A DNA stretch of 60,000 nt from Mobula hypostoma (taxonomy: Eukaryota): contig NC_086108.1 of assembly GCF_963921235.1 (NCBI RefSeq), positions 82,152,001 through 82,212,000 of the forward strand, written 5' to 3'. The notes under the pieces are model-generated. The model made no database searches. It saw only the letters and a list, made by a program, of their open reading frames with translations, and had not been told where the DNA came from. This document shows positions 36,601-46,849 of this stretch, one piece after another. How positions within the stretch are numbered: the stretch's first letter is position 1; the number at the start of each line of letters is the position of its first letter. The position numbers and the translations under genes were made by a program.

Positions 36601-38862
36601 GATAATTTCTGCTTATAGCTAGATTATTACTACAGCAATGTCATGAGAGAACACATTGATTTCCTAAAGTAATAACAGCATTTTCTATCCTGGTCATTTA
36701 CTATAGGTAAAACATTCAGCCATGCTAAGAGGCAGAGTAAATGCACAATACTCCATTTCCTTAAAATGTTTTTGTAAGCCCTTCCACTGATCATTACTGA
36801 GGATAATTTGCATGATGTATTATTAACAGAACAGGACTGTTCCATTCAACTGGAAATGCAGGAAGTAACAACATGAGTGCTGCAACAAAGTAGAGAGTCA
36901 GGTCCAGTGGAGGCACCATGAACTCTAGTCACAGAGGATTTCCTTTCTGACTTTCATTAGTGCTATTCCAATGATTTGCTTTGACAGGATCATGTAGAGG
37001 TTCACACATGAAATTTGGGAAAGAAGGGCAGGAACTTAGAACCAACAGCACATTGAAGGATTTTCTAAGGGAAAGGGAGGTAGAAGTAAAATAGCCATTT
37101 GCAAGGACGGAGGAACTAAGAGTGGGAATCTGGGGGAGATGAGGTGATGATGACAGACTGAAAAGTGAAGACAGAGGTGGAGTATATATTGTCAGTCTAG
37201 GAGCTCTTCAATGTGATTTGAAAGCTCAGAGGTTATTAGGGAAAATGGTGACTCTGCTCAGTGAGAGAGCATAAGAGAAACTATAAAATGTAGTCCTTAG
37301 CTGGGCTGCTCCCATGACCAGGCATTATTATGAAGTATAGGTGTGGGTTGAGCCCTCCCAACCATTGAGCACATCTACAAGGAGCACAGGAAAGCAGCAT
37401 CTATTATCAAGGACCCCCAACATCGGAGCCATTTTCTCTTCTTGCTGCTACAATCAGGAAGGAGGTACAGAAATCTCAGGACCCACACCACCAGGTTCAA
37501 AAAGAGTTAATACTCATCCTCAAGGCTCTTGAACCAAAAGGGATAACTTCACTCACCCCGACACTGAACTGTTCCCACAACCTAAAGATTCTTCATCTCA
37601 TGATCTCGATATTTATTGCTCATTCATTATTATCATCTCATTTGTTTTTTTTTCTTGCGTTTTTGGATTTGCACAGTTTTATCATCTGTTGCACATTAGT
37701 GTTTGCCGTCTTCCTGTGTGCAGTTTTCCGGTGATTCTATTATGTATCTTCGTATGTACTATGAATGCCCACAAGAAATGGATCATGGTTAACATCTGAT
37801 GGCAAATGCGAAACAGACATAAAAGCGAGAATAGCAATGGCAAGAACAGCATTTACAGAAATGAGAAACATCCTAATGAACAAGAAAATAGCAATTGACA
37901 TCCGCCTTAGAGCTCTCAGCTGCTACATTCTACCTATATTGGTGTATGGCTGCAAGTCATAGACCATCACAAATGCAATGGAAAAAAGAATCAGTGCAGC
38001 AGAGATGTGGTTCCTCAGAAGAATGCTATGCATATCATATACAGACAGGATAACCAACGAAGAAGTTCTACAGAGACCGAAAACAAAACGTACATTACTT
38101 TAAAAAATCAGAAAACAGCAATCAAAATTCTTTGGCCACATCATGCGAAGAGAGACATTAGAACATTTAGTTACAACTGGAAAGCTAGAAGGAAAAAGCA
38201 GAGGCTGACAGAGAATGAAAATGATAGATGGAATAACATCATGGTTAGAAACAGGGGAGGCAACGACTACAATTCGGAGGGTCAGGGACCGTGATGGATG
38301 GAGAGACATGATCGCCCACGCCGAACGGCAAGGCACCTGAATGAATGCCCACAAGAAAATGAATCTCGAAGTTGTACATGGCGACATATGTACTTCGACA
38401 ATAAATTTACATCAGATGTTGAATACGTGGGCCATTTTGAGTGAGTGAGGCTCTCTGATCCTCCCCCACTTGATCACATTATGTGAGGACTTGATGAGGT
38501 TCCCAACCATTTTCCATGTATACAACAAGAATTCTGCAGATGCTGGAAATTCAAGCAACACACATCAAAGTTGCTGGTGAACTTTCGTCAGGACCCTTTC
38601 TCGGCCTGAAACGTCGACTGTACCTCTTCCTAGAGATGCAGCCTGGCCTGCTGCGTTCACCAGCAACTTTGATGTGTGTTGCTTCATTTTCCATGTATGT
38701 TCTGTGACCTCTCCGCCCCCCGTGATTTACTTCAATCTGTTAGCCAAGATTAAATAAGAACTAAAATAGTTCCGGTACTTTTCTTTTGTCCATTTGCCTC
38801 CCACTCACTCACCTAGCTTTCTGAGTACCAAAAGGAGCTCCGTGAAATTGTTTCACATCCAT
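9095..38862 (-). CDS. CIMAP2: Ciliary microtubule-associated protein 2 / lymphocyte expansion molecule; complete 10-exon CDS, 389 aa
   Basis: Exons 38813-38862, 28302-28380, 26443-26610, 19912-20034, 18628-18765, 16082-16222, 12821-12988, 12608-12730, 9346-9473 and 9095-9146 splice GT-AG into one open frame of 1170 nt. Motifs FHGAPFGTQKARFDV, FTELPY, PGPGSYG, RGPYDLF, ERIY, PPFL and GVGRY match my recollection of human LEXM/C1orf177. It is adjacent to TTC22, as in human. Confidence 0.93.
9346..9473 (-). CDS. CIMAP2: CIMAP2 exon 9 (NNIGVGRY...RNKYM-E)
   Basis: Acceptor cttctgttgcag, donor GA|GTAAGT, 128 nt. Confidence 0.9.
9790..11100 (+). mobile_element. Penelope-like element remnant (RT, GIY-YIG endonuclease C-terminus, pseudo-LTR)
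   Basis: MG..MGPS-like motif, CIGAASCTHAELV.FINF, NFHPAFKFTW, YKPTNSHSYLDYTSSHP, RFVEH, followed by a CT-rich region and the pLTR end. Confidence 0.88.
12608..12730 (-). CDS. CIMAP2: CIMAP2 exon 8 (GNTDFY...NPPPFLSS...TCNA)
   Basis: Acceptor cccacag, donor GTAAGT, 123 nt. Confidence 0.85.
12821..12988 (-). CDS. CIMAP2: CIMAP2 exon 7 (KPLNLSPGMYNIKSF...FQQPA)
   Basis: Acceptor tcttgtag, donor GTTAGT, 168 nt. Confidence 0.88.
14400..15035 (+). mobile_element. Rex1-type LINE 3' fragments (composite)
   Basis: LPTTDSVYTSHCLSKADSII; tail CATGTGACAATAATAATAAACC. Confidence 0.65.
16082..16222 (-). CDS. CIMAP2: CIMAP2 exon 6 (GCDLAPNTY...RGPYDLF...GHYAT)
   Basis: Acceptor ttttctttag, donor GTATGT, 141 nt. 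Confidence 0.92.
17534..17886 (+). mobile_element. Mariner-derived non-autonomous element with a fold-back end
   Basis: Transposase C-terminal remnant FYKEGI...KCVNVGGDYVEK*; TIR-like ACTTATCAATCACCCCT in three copies, one of them inverted. Confidence 0.75.
18628..18765 (-). CDS. CIMAP2: CIMAP2 exon 5 (IASPGPGSYGKGG...SLQAI)
   Basis: Acceptor tttttccag, donor GTAAAT, 138 nt; PGPG-YG motif. Confidence 0.92.
19222..19770 (-). mobile_element. Penelope-like element 3' fragment (GIY-YIG C-terminus plus pLTR with a degenerate hammerhead)
   Basis: Reverse strand encodes HGLL..RDEATLRLEEQHLIF..LQPDG.NIDFSNF; CTGATGA..AAAACGTC at about 19285-19320. Confidence 0.85.
19912..20034 (-). CDS. CIMAP2: CIMAP2 exon 4 (QMDRGPGRYEIPNFL...RFKKQKN)
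   Basis: Acceptor ttgcag (CAGCAG tandem), donor GTAAGG, 123 nt. Confidence 0.9.
20480..22970 (+). mobile_element. Long decayed Rex1-type LINE (APE-RT) with a small CR1 3'-end insertion at about 21878-21990
   Basis: IIVGNFNQA, GPDGVPG, CLNDYRP, CVLSP, DDTIVVG, LNVNKTKELIVD. Confidence 0.9.
23420..23985 (+). mobile_element. Rex1-type LINE 3' fragment
   Basis: LQKMVDTTQSI, KAASIIKD, LPLGRRYRSL, YNPSTIRL plus tail. Confidence 0.8.
24535..24647. repeat. (CA)n/(TA)n compound microsatellite
   Basis: Directly visible. Confidence 0.95.
24645..25860 (+). mobile_element. Non-autonomous Helitron inserted in a Rex1-type tail
   Basis: 3' end has a GGGTG..CACCC hairpin (25830-25850), then CTAG (25857-25860), then T; 5' ACTACTAAAACTC after a TA/CA run; internal ORF 25198-25638 with 23-aa repeats; host LINE tail resumes at 25861. 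Confidence 0.72.
26443..26610 (-). CDS. CIMAP2: CIMAP2 exon 3 (ERLGPGYYNV...REKFL)
   Basis: Acceptor cttttag, donor GTAAGT, 168 nt; GPG-Y motif. Confidence 0.92.
27250..27725 (-). mobile_element. Old CR1-type LINE fragment
   Basis: PDGLYVGILKEL..IFDPLVLIFQNSLD. Confidence 0.7.
28302..28380 (-). CDS. CIMAP2: CIMAP2 exon 2 (R-FDVHPDKKKQGSFTELPYDRRATEEQ)
   Basis: Acceptor tttcag, donor CAG|GTGAGC, 79 nt, phase compatible with exon 1. Confidence 0.9.
28511..28790 (+). mobile_element. tRNA-derived V-SINE (HE1-like)
   Basis: A-box-like TGGCATGGTAG, B-box GGTTCAATTCC, central GTGGGTTTCC..TTTCC..CCATTCCAAAG domain. Confidence 0.7.
29470..29715 (-). mobile_element. Degenerate V-SINE
   Basis: Reverse complement of the V-domain (GGGAGAACACGCAAACCCC). 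Confidence 0.55.
30507..30770 (-). mobile_element. Penelope pseudo-LTR fragment
   Basis: Same family as 59541-59805 plus the CT-rich upstream region. Confidence 0.85.
30569..30604 (-). ncRNA. Minimal type-I hammerhead ribozyme motif (Penelope-associated)
   Basis: AGUC-CUGACGA-AGGGUCCUGGCCC-GAAAU-GUC-GACU. Confidence 0.6.
30928..31115 (+). repeat. 5' LTR (188 bp, with a 41-bp internal deletion relative to the 3' LTR)
   Basis: Direct repeat of 35018-35247. Confidence 0.93.
31141..34948 (+). pseudogene. Gypsy gag-pol, frameshifted and with stop codons
   Basis: Double zinc knuckle CYFCG..HPRKRC..CSSCGKKGHFAKVC; protease LFDTGS; RT with YPLP, PFG and YLDN; RNase H DASDFALAATL; integrase H-H-C-C, DEYSRF, HSDRGSSF; C-terminal LRRSQR..RPPDRL; split over several frames. 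Confidence 0.93.
35018..35247 (+). repeat. 3' LTR (230 bp)
   Basis: Follows the polypurine tract; ends in CA followed by the TSD. Confidence 0.93.
35378..36010 (+). mobile_element. CpG-rich non-autonomous retroelement (unclassified, probably LINE-tail dependent)
   Basis: Starts AGATGGCGG; its 3' part (CATTGTATCATTTCTTAATGCA) matches an inverted copy near 5690-5750. Confidence 0.5.
37779..38340 (+). mobile_element. RTE-clade LINE 3' fragment inserted in a Rex1-type tail (37340-38420)
   Basis: DIKARIAMARTAF, LVYGCKS; TSD ATGAATGCCCACAAGAAA at 37761-37778 and 38341-38358. Confidence 0.88.
38522..38685. mobile_element. Inverted Penelope pLTR mini-element about 130 bp from CIMAP2 exon 1
   Basis: Arms AAGCAACACACATCAAAGTTGCTGGTGAAC and its reverse complement; flanking TTTTCCATGTAT duplication. 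Confidence 0.85.
38813..38862 (-). CDS. CIMAP2: CIMAP2 coding exon 1 (MDVKQFHGAPFGTQKA-R)
   Basis: ATG at 38862-38860 in a CpG-rich region; donor AG|GTGAGT; phase 2. Confidence 0.9.
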
Positions 38863-39130
38863 CGAGTGTCCGGCGCGCGTCGGGATGTGCGCACTTTCCC
38901 AGGCGTGACTGAACTGTACTGAGAAACCGGGGAAATTCAGGCCGCCATTGAAGAGCCAAGCCTGCGCCACGTCTCCCGGCAACCAGGAACGCGCGTTATC
39001 GGCGCGCATCGTGACAAACGGGCAGCTGGTAGGAATGACCAACAGTAGAGTGCTTCGTCTAGTGCCAGGCAGTGAGCTGGTATCGTGTTATCCGGCAAAA
39101 GAGGTGGTAATCCAAAGGAAGCGAAAAAGA
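38860..39130 (-). promoter_or_regulatory. CpG-rich promoter/5'UTR of CIMAP2 with an X-box-like motif GTCTCCCGGCAAC (38971-38983)
   Basis: High CpG density against a CpG-poor background, immediately upstream of the ATG; motif resembles the RFX X-box. Confidence 0.6.
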
Positions 39131-39469
39131 CATCTCCAGTTTACTGCTGTTCAAACTTTCCATTAAGTTTGTACAAGGTCTGAAGACTGAGTATGTTGTT
39201 TTGGTTATCGAGCGAATCCACGGACCATTGTAAATCGGAAGACCTGGGCACACTTTTTTTTTACAACTATAATATCTTTCTTCCGCTGAACATGCATTTT
39301 ATAACGGCGTTCCTTAGTCTTCTCATTCTCTGATTTAGTTTTTCAATCCTAAACAATATAACTCATTTTAAGCAATGTATGAAAATGGATTGTGTGTTCC
39401 GTTACACCCTAAACTCGCTAAAAACGGATTTTAACGATGTTGCCTTTTCTCTTGCTCCGTAGACAGCTC

Positions 39470-39835
39470 CCTCATCTCCGGGTTAGAAAGTAGTGGATTC
39501 TGGTCCTATTCTAGGGGTGGGAGGGGGGAGCCCAGATGGGTGCTTTAGTGCCGCAATATCAGCGGAGATGTCCCTCCGATCAGATTGCCTGGTTCCGCTG
39601 CGGATCTCACGGCAATGTTGGCGGAAGACCGGTTTCTAGCCAGTAATTATTTCGCGGCGACCCAGAGCTGATCATCGAGTCATTATCACGTTGGTATTTA
39701 TCGGAACTTGCGGTGTACAAATTGGCTGCAAACATAGTCCTGGGTAGAGTACTTTAAAAGGACACGATTATGTGCAAAACGAACTGGGATGGTCTGCGGC
39801 TGGGAAATGATATTTGCATATGTAATTTTTTTTAA
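39470..39835 (+). mobile_element. Highly diverged Deu-domain SINE (SacSINE1-like)
   Basis: GGAACTTGCGGTGTACAAATTGGCTGC resembles the DeuSINE core as I recall it; L2-like tail. Confidence 0.5.
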
Positions 39836-40254
39836 ATGCCTGCTTTGCCCGTGTAATTAATTCAATGGGGAAGGTCTGGGCACATTACAGGATTCCACAC
39901 TCAGTAGAGAATTCTCCAGCAGTGGTGTTTCCAGTCTATATCAGAGTTGGGTGTTCCTTTTTCTGTTGGACGTGTTCCACAGCCTTGTCATTACAGAACA
40001 TTATGCAGACAAAAATCAACAGAAGTTTCCACTTCAATAGCCGTTTTCAGCTGAAAACTAACTTGGTTTGTATCCTTCTGGTTCAGATGGACCTTCGAAC
40101 AATTGTAGTGCCTCTTCTAATGTCAGGTAGTGAGCTGGCCTGCCGAGTATCACCAGCATTTTCTGTGATTATCCTCTTTACCATGTCCACTTTTGCTTTC
40201 AGCCCCAACATCCAGATCTATTCGAGAAACCCATTCTCTTTCTTTGACCACACC

Positions 40255-40540
40255 TAGTGCCAATTTATTAGGTACACCTGCTCATTGATGCAAATATCTA
40301 ATCAGCCAATCATGTGGCAGCATCTCAATGCATGAAATTGTGCAGCCATGGCCAAGAGGTTCAGTTGTTGCTCAGACCAAACATCAAAATGGGAAAGTAA
40401 TGTGATCTAAGTGACTTTGACAGGTGGAATGATTGTTGGTGGCAGACAGGGTGATTTGAGCATCTCAGAAACTCTTGGTCTCCCGGAATTTTCACACATA
40501 ACAGCCTCTGGAGTTTACAGAGAATGGTACAAATCCAAAA
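40255..40540 (+). mobile_element. Tc1-like transposon 5' fragment
   Basis: TIR-like TTTATTAGGTACACCT; MGK.CDLSDFDR.MIVG.R..LSISET..L.FSH.T.S.VYREW transposase N-terminus. Confidence 0.8.
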
Positions 40541-40554
40541 ACTGTAGCCATAAG

Positions 40555-41090
40555 AATCAGAATCAGGTTTAATACCTCTGGTATATGTTGTGAAACTTGT
40601 TAACTTTGCAGAAGCAGAACAATGCAATACATGATAACCGTACAAAAAACTGAACTGCAGTAATATATATCTATATTAAATAGTTAAATTAAGTAGTGCA
40701 ATGACAGAAATATATAAAAAAAGTAGTGAGGCTGTGGTCATGGGTTCAATGTCCATTTAGAAATAGGATTGGCAGAGGGAATGAAGCTGTTCTTGAATCG
40801 TTGAGTGTGTGCCTTCAGGCTTCTGTACCTCCTTCCTGACAGTAACAATGACAAGATGGTGTGTCCTGGGTGGTGGTGGGGAGGGGGGGTCCTTATTGAT
40901 GGACGCCGTGCAGCTTACTTCAATCCTGTACAGTAGCCAACCCCTGCTCCCCCCACCCCCCAAACCAGACAGTAATACCACCAGTCAGAATGCTCTCCGT
41001 GGTACATCTGTAGAGGTTTTCAAGAGTTTTAGGTGACAAATCAAATCTCCTCATACTCCTAATATAGCCACTGTCTTGCCTTCTTTCTAT
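40555..41090 (-). mobile_element. Rex1-type LINE 3' fragment
   Basis: (TCTGAT)n tail at about 40555-40567; GRRYRSLKAH..RFKNSF coding remnant. Confidence 0.75.
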
Positions 41091-41210
41091 CAGAAGCTCA
41101 CTTTAAAAGTAAACAAAAGATAAAGTAATAGCAAATGATATTGGTGATTTGGTGAAATTTGTGTATTTATTAACTTGCTATATTACTCAGTCTCATCTGT
41201 GCAGAATTCT

Positions 41211-41312
41211 AGCAACACACATCAAAGTTGCTGGTGAACGCAGCAGGCCAGGCAGCATCTCTAGGAAGAGGTACAGTCGACATTTCAGGCCGAGACCCTT
41301 CATCAGGGCTAA
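41211..41312 (-). mobile_element. Penelope pLTR fragment with a hammerhead motif (41275-41310)
   Basis: CTGATGA-AGGGTCTCGGCCT-GAAATGTC-GACT on the minus strand; CAGAATTCT flanking duplication. Confidence 0.8.
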
Positions 41313-42309
41313 CAGAATTCTGTTGTTTTTTTAAAAAAACAACCTAACAACTTCTTTATTTGCTGCAGCTCTCTCCATTTCAATCATTTTTAGATAAAGG
41401 TTGCAGATATAGATTACTTGACGTGTAACTTTGTTCCATGGACTATTTCTAATTCCTTCCAACCCTTTATTTTCAGTATAGTATAGGCATTGCAAAATTC
41501 ATTTCTAAATCTCTCTTTATATCCAATATTTTTCCCACCATGCCCAAATATCTACTAGTCTTGATTTTGTGCTTTTTTTCATTTAATCAAGCATATATGT
41601 TTAATTAGAAATTAAAAAAATAGAGTATGGATTCTGACATTGACTGAATCAATCACAGAAAATTGTACCAAAAGTAAATCTCTGACACATTTACAATCAA
41701 GGTGGAATGTTGATGCTTATTAGACCAGAAAGACTTGATATGTTGCATTCTTGCAAGTTATGTCCCATCCCCAAGGAATGTGAAAGAGCATCTTAATAAT
41801 AGTTCCCAAACACACCTCAAATTGTATAGATATTTTTGGATGCATAACTCCTAACAATGAAGATTTCTGATAAAAGATTTTGGCAAGGAAATGTTCAAAT
41901 TTATTGTCATAGGCGTACAGGATATAGCCGCCATAAAAGTTAGCTTATAGGAGCAGCATGGTAGGTTAAAAATATGACAAATATAACATAAATTATATGT
42001 AATTTACATGAAAAAATAAACAAAATAAGCATAATGACATAAGTGCAAGTTGAAAGAGAGAGAAAAAAAGAAATAGCCTGAGATGGTGCTAAGGGTTTTC
42101 AGGTTGGTTCAAGAACTGATGGCAGTGGGAAAGAAGCTGTTTAGAACATTGAAATAGGGTTTTCCACTTCAAGGTTCAAGACAGCTTCTTCCCCAGGCCC
42201 CTGCTCCCCCTCTCTGGTGGCAGCATCAAAAAGAGGGCATGGCCAAACACTGGGTGTCCTGAATGATGGATGCTCCTTTCCTGACAGCAGTAAATCACAC
42301 TGAAGATTC

Positions 42310-43800
42310 TGACAGGCAGCAGACCAGGAAAGAGAAAGCACATTGAATCGAGGCACGACTGCGCAGACGCGTGGACTTCAGCAAGTTAGACCGGCGGGAA
42401 GTATTTAAAAAGAAGACAGCTTTATAGAGCGGGTGTCAGAGTAGGAGGGCTTTGGCTCAATGGGGCTTTGGCAATAACGGGTCGAGACAAGGTAAACTAC
42501 TTGTGAAGAATAGGAATAGGAAGTATGTCTGTGAGGCCGATGTTCAGTACTGGGTGTCAGAAGTGGGATGTCCGGGAGACTCCCAGCCTCCCAGATAGCC
42601 ACATCTGTGCCAGGTGCATTGAGCTGCAGCTCCTTAGGAACCGGGTTAGGGAACTGGAGATGCAGCTCAATGAAAGTGAGGAGGTGATAGAGAGGAGCTA
42701 TAGGCAAATAGTCACACCAGCGCTTCGGGAGACAGATAAGTGGGTAGCAGTCAGGAGAGAGAAGGGCAAGGGTCAGATACTAAAGAGCACCCCAATGGCA
42801 GTCCCCCTTAACAATAAGTACTCCTGTTTGAGTACTGCTGGGGGGGGAGGAAATGACCTGTCTGGGGGAAGCAACAGTGGTCGTGCTTCTGGCACAGAGT
42901 CCGGCCCTGTGGCTCAGAAGGTTAGGGAAAGGAAGAGGATGGCAGCAGTGATAGGGGGCTTTATAGTTAGGAGGGCAGACAGGCGATTTTGTGGACGCAG
43001 GAAAGACGCATGGATGGTAGTTTGACTCCCAGATGCAAGGGTCCGGGATGCTTCTGATCACGTCCATGATATACTGAAGTGGGAAGGTGAACAGCCAGAG
43101 GTCATGGTACATATTGGTACCAATGGCATAGATACGAAAAGAGGGGAGGTCTGGAAAACAGACTACAGGGAGTTAGGAAAAAAGCTGAGAAGCAGGACCT
43201 CAAAGGTAGTAATCTCGGGATCACTGCCTGTGCCTTGCGACAGTGAATAGAGGAATAGAGTGAGGTAGAGGGTAAATGTGTGACTGCAGAAAAGGAGGAA
43301 GTCATGGAGAGATTGTCTACTGAGTCTCTGTGAGTAGAAGTTAGAAACAGGAAGGGGTCAATAACTCTACTGGGTGTTTTTTATAGACTAACCAATAGTA
43401 ACAGGGACATAGAGGAACAGATAGGGAGATAGATTCTGGAATTGTGCAATAATAACAGGGTTGTCGTGATCAGAAATTTTAATTTCCCCAATATTGACTG
43501 GCATCTCCCTAGAGCAGGGGGTTTGGATGGGGTGGAGTTTGTTAGGTGCGTTCAGGAAGGTTTCTTGACATAATATGTAGATAAGCCTACAAGAGGAGAG
43601 GCTGTACTTGATCTGGTATTGGGAAATGAACCTGGTCAGGTGTCAGATCTCTCAGTGGGAGAGCAGTTTGTAGATAGTGATCACAGTTCTATCTCCTTTA
43701 CCATGACATTGGAGAGGGATAGGAACAGGCAAGTTAGGAAAGTGTTTAATTGGAGAAAGGGGAAATATGAAGCTATCAGGCAGGAACTTGGAAGCAAGGG
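42310..43800 (+). mobile_element. CR1 LINE 5' portion: UTR, ORF1 (Zn finger/leucine zipper plus esterase-like domain), ORF2 APE remnant
   Basis: HICARCIELQLLRNRVRELE, VPLNNKYSCL, AAVIG..IVR, VMVHIGTN; FNFPNIDW, DLVLGNE, SDHSSI. Confidence 0.88.
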
Positions 43801-44628
43801 GTAAGTTTTTACGCAGAGAGTGGTGAGTGCATGGAATGGGCTGCCGGCAACGGTGGTGGAGGCGGATACAATAGGATGTTTTAAGCGATTCTTAGAATGG
43901 AGGGCTATGGGCAACTCCAGGTAATTTCTAAAGTAAGTACATGTTCAGCACAGCATTATGGGCCGAAGGACCTATATTGTGCTGTAGGTTTTCTCTGTTT
44001 CTAAATGTCCAACAACATCTGAGGTTGGATAATGGAAAGTTCTTACCAAAGAGGTCACCAGATATTTGTGGACAGCTTTCTTTAGCTAGCACCATTTTTG
44101 ACACTGATTATAACATCTTAGGCCAACTAAATAGCTTATTTCTTCATCCAGCAGAACAGCCTGTATTCTGTGGAGGCTTTCACAACATGGTGAAGCACAG
44201 AAGGACATTGCTTCTCATTTACCTTCCTCACAGTTGTCTCTGTTGGAGAGTGAGAATGAGTGTTTGTACCCAGGTAGGGCAAGAATTCTTAACCTTTGAC
44301 TCATTTGACTTCAAGTTGTGTAGCTGATTTGAGGATGGTGGTAAGCTTCATCATCAATGTGATAATTTGCTGAGAAGATTTTCAAGATATGATGTGGTCC
44401 ACAGTTGAGAAGCACACAGCTATTTACTATGGAAGACAGAAGGGATTTGTAGTCAAATCTCCTCCTCCTAGAAGAGGTGTGGTTTTGTGAATGAAATTCT
44501 TCACTGCCAAGTTTTAGAATTTCAGTCAATGCAGCATCTTGCCTGGGGCCTTGCTCTTTTTGTGATGGGATGTGTTCTTTTTGACCACATGCTCGAACTT
44601 GGAACGTAGAACAGTGCAGACCAGAAAC

Positions 44629-45227
44629 TGAGTCTGAGTCTGAGGCCTCCGTCGGTCAGAGCTGACCGTGGATATTGTGTCCTAGTAGTCTAGATACGCA
44701 AGCCTGGGCAGTACGATATGGAGAGCAAACTGTTGCCCATGTAGCAAGCTCACCCCTCCATTCTTCTGATGAACCCAAAGGAATGGCAGAGACCGATAGT
44801 TTGGTACTGAAGCATCGCAAGAGTTACCAGCCAATATTGAACTCAATGTATGACTGTATTAGGCTCTCTAGCCCTGGGTTTTTCCCTTAGGGTTTAGTCC
44901 CAAAGCCTTCCCTATGAGTGGGTATAGCCACAAGGCAGTGGAGGTTTGAGATCAGAATTTTCCTTCTCCTAGATGAGCTGCCAACCACGGCTGATGAGCC
45001 CCATCTGCCCAAAGCAACTGGTTTTAAGGTTCCAGTAACCCACCTTTGCCCGTTCTCCTGTCAGTAGAAATGGTTCCACCAGGCTCAGTAGCTAAGCCAC
45101 ACATGAAGGCCAGGAGCTGGACTTGGTTGTCAGAGGCTGTTTAAGGCACACACCATTGGAAGCATTCAGAAGGTAGTAGGAGCTTGCCCCATTACCACCA
45201 CTGGCTATAACAGCCTTAAGCAACCAG
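44629..45227 (-). mobile_element. Non-coding, non-autonomous RTE-like element inserted in a CR1 3' end
   Basis: (CTCAGA)n 3' tail at 44629-44644; no ORF; RTE 5'UTR-like motifs; host CR1 tail flanks both sides. Confidence 0.55.
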
Positions 45228-46849
45228 CACAGAAGCAGGTCCTTCATATCCAGATATCTGTCTAAATGTCTCTTGAACACCACTATTATATATGCTTCCA
45301 CCATCACCCTTGGCAGTGCATTCCACGCAGCTACCCTCTTTGTGAAAAAAAAGGTGCCCTTGATACCTCCCTTAAACTTCCCCCCTTACACCTTAAAGCT
45401 GTGCCCTTTTGTTCTACCCTGGGAAAGAGACTCCATCCACGTTATCTATGCCTCTCATAATTTTATAAACCTCTACCAGGTCTCCCCCCCCCACCCCACA
45501 CACACACACAATCTTGCTGTCTGACTTCTCCTTATAGTTAATACTCTCTAATCAAGTTGTCAGAAGTGGCAGCAACACCACATCTCAAAAAGAGCAGGGA
45601 CTGTTCAGAAAAGACTAGTTTGAGATGGAGTCCAGCACACTCACATCAGCTGGCAGAGTCACACTCTCACAAAGTCACAACTGTGGAGGCTGCTGCAATA
45701 TTCCTTACAATGAGTGTTGTATTTCTCTCTGTCTTAGATTCTAATAATGGATTGTTATATGATAAGAAACTTAAAAAGCAAATGTTGCCTCATTCCTAGA
45801 ATATCTTAAAATGAGAAAAAAATTATCAGCGCATAATAATTCGTTATTCACAAATGACCAATTTGGGTGACAGATCTCTCTGCGGATGAATATATCAGAG
45901 TTAGTGGCCACAACTTTTTCACCTTCAGCAGAGCCATGAACAAGAATAGGAGCAAATGGGAGCAAATAGGAGAGTATTTAATTGTGGGATGGCTCATTAC
46001 AATGGTACTAGGCAGGAACTTGGGAGCATGAATTGGGAACAGATATTCTCTGGCAAATGTACAGTAGAAAGGTTTTTAGGGATGCATGGAGTTCTGGATA
46101 GGTTTGTCTCTCTTAGACATGGTAGGGTGAAGGAACCATGGTTGACAAGAGAGTGGAACATTTAGTCCGGAGGAAGAAGGAAGCATATTTAAGATTTAGG
46201 AAGTAAAAATCAGATAGAGCTCTTGAGAGTTATAAGGTAGCCAGGAAGGAGCTTAAGAAAGGACTTTGGAGAGCTAGAGGGGACATGAGAAGGTCTTCGT
46301 GAGTAGGGTTAAGCAAAACCCCATGATGTTCTTCATGTACATGAAGAACAGAAGTATGAGAAGAGTGAGGGTAGGACCAATCAGGAATAAAGGAGGAAAC
46401 ATGTGCCTGGAGTTGGAAGAGGTAGTGGCGATTTTTAATGAATACTTTGCTTCAGTATTCACCAGTGAGAGAGACCTTCACAAATGGGAGGCCAGCATAG
46501 ACAGGCTAATGTACTAGAGCATGTTGAGGTTAAAAAAAGTGGTATTGTTGGAGCTTTTGAAAACATTAGATTAGATAAGACCCCAGGACCAGAGGAGTTA
46601 TAACTCAGTGCACTACAAGGAGAGAGGGAAGAAATTGCTGGGGTGTTGCCGATGATCTTTGCATCCTCCCTGGTCACAGGAGTAGCACCAGAGATCTGAA
46701 AGGTGGCAAATGTTGTTCCTTTGTTAAGGATAGTCACTGTGGGAGGGGAAGGTTATGCCTCATAAGCCCGTTTGATGTTTTCAGGGAAGCGACAAAACAA
46801 ATTGATGAAGGTAGAGCATTGGAAATAATGTATATGGATTCTAGTAAGA

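Noticed and set aside
38863..39042. In-frame upstream extension of CIMAP2 exon 1 shown in the ORF track
   Set aside because: It begins at a non-ATG codon in CpG-rich promoter sequence; recognisable homology starts at MDVKQF.
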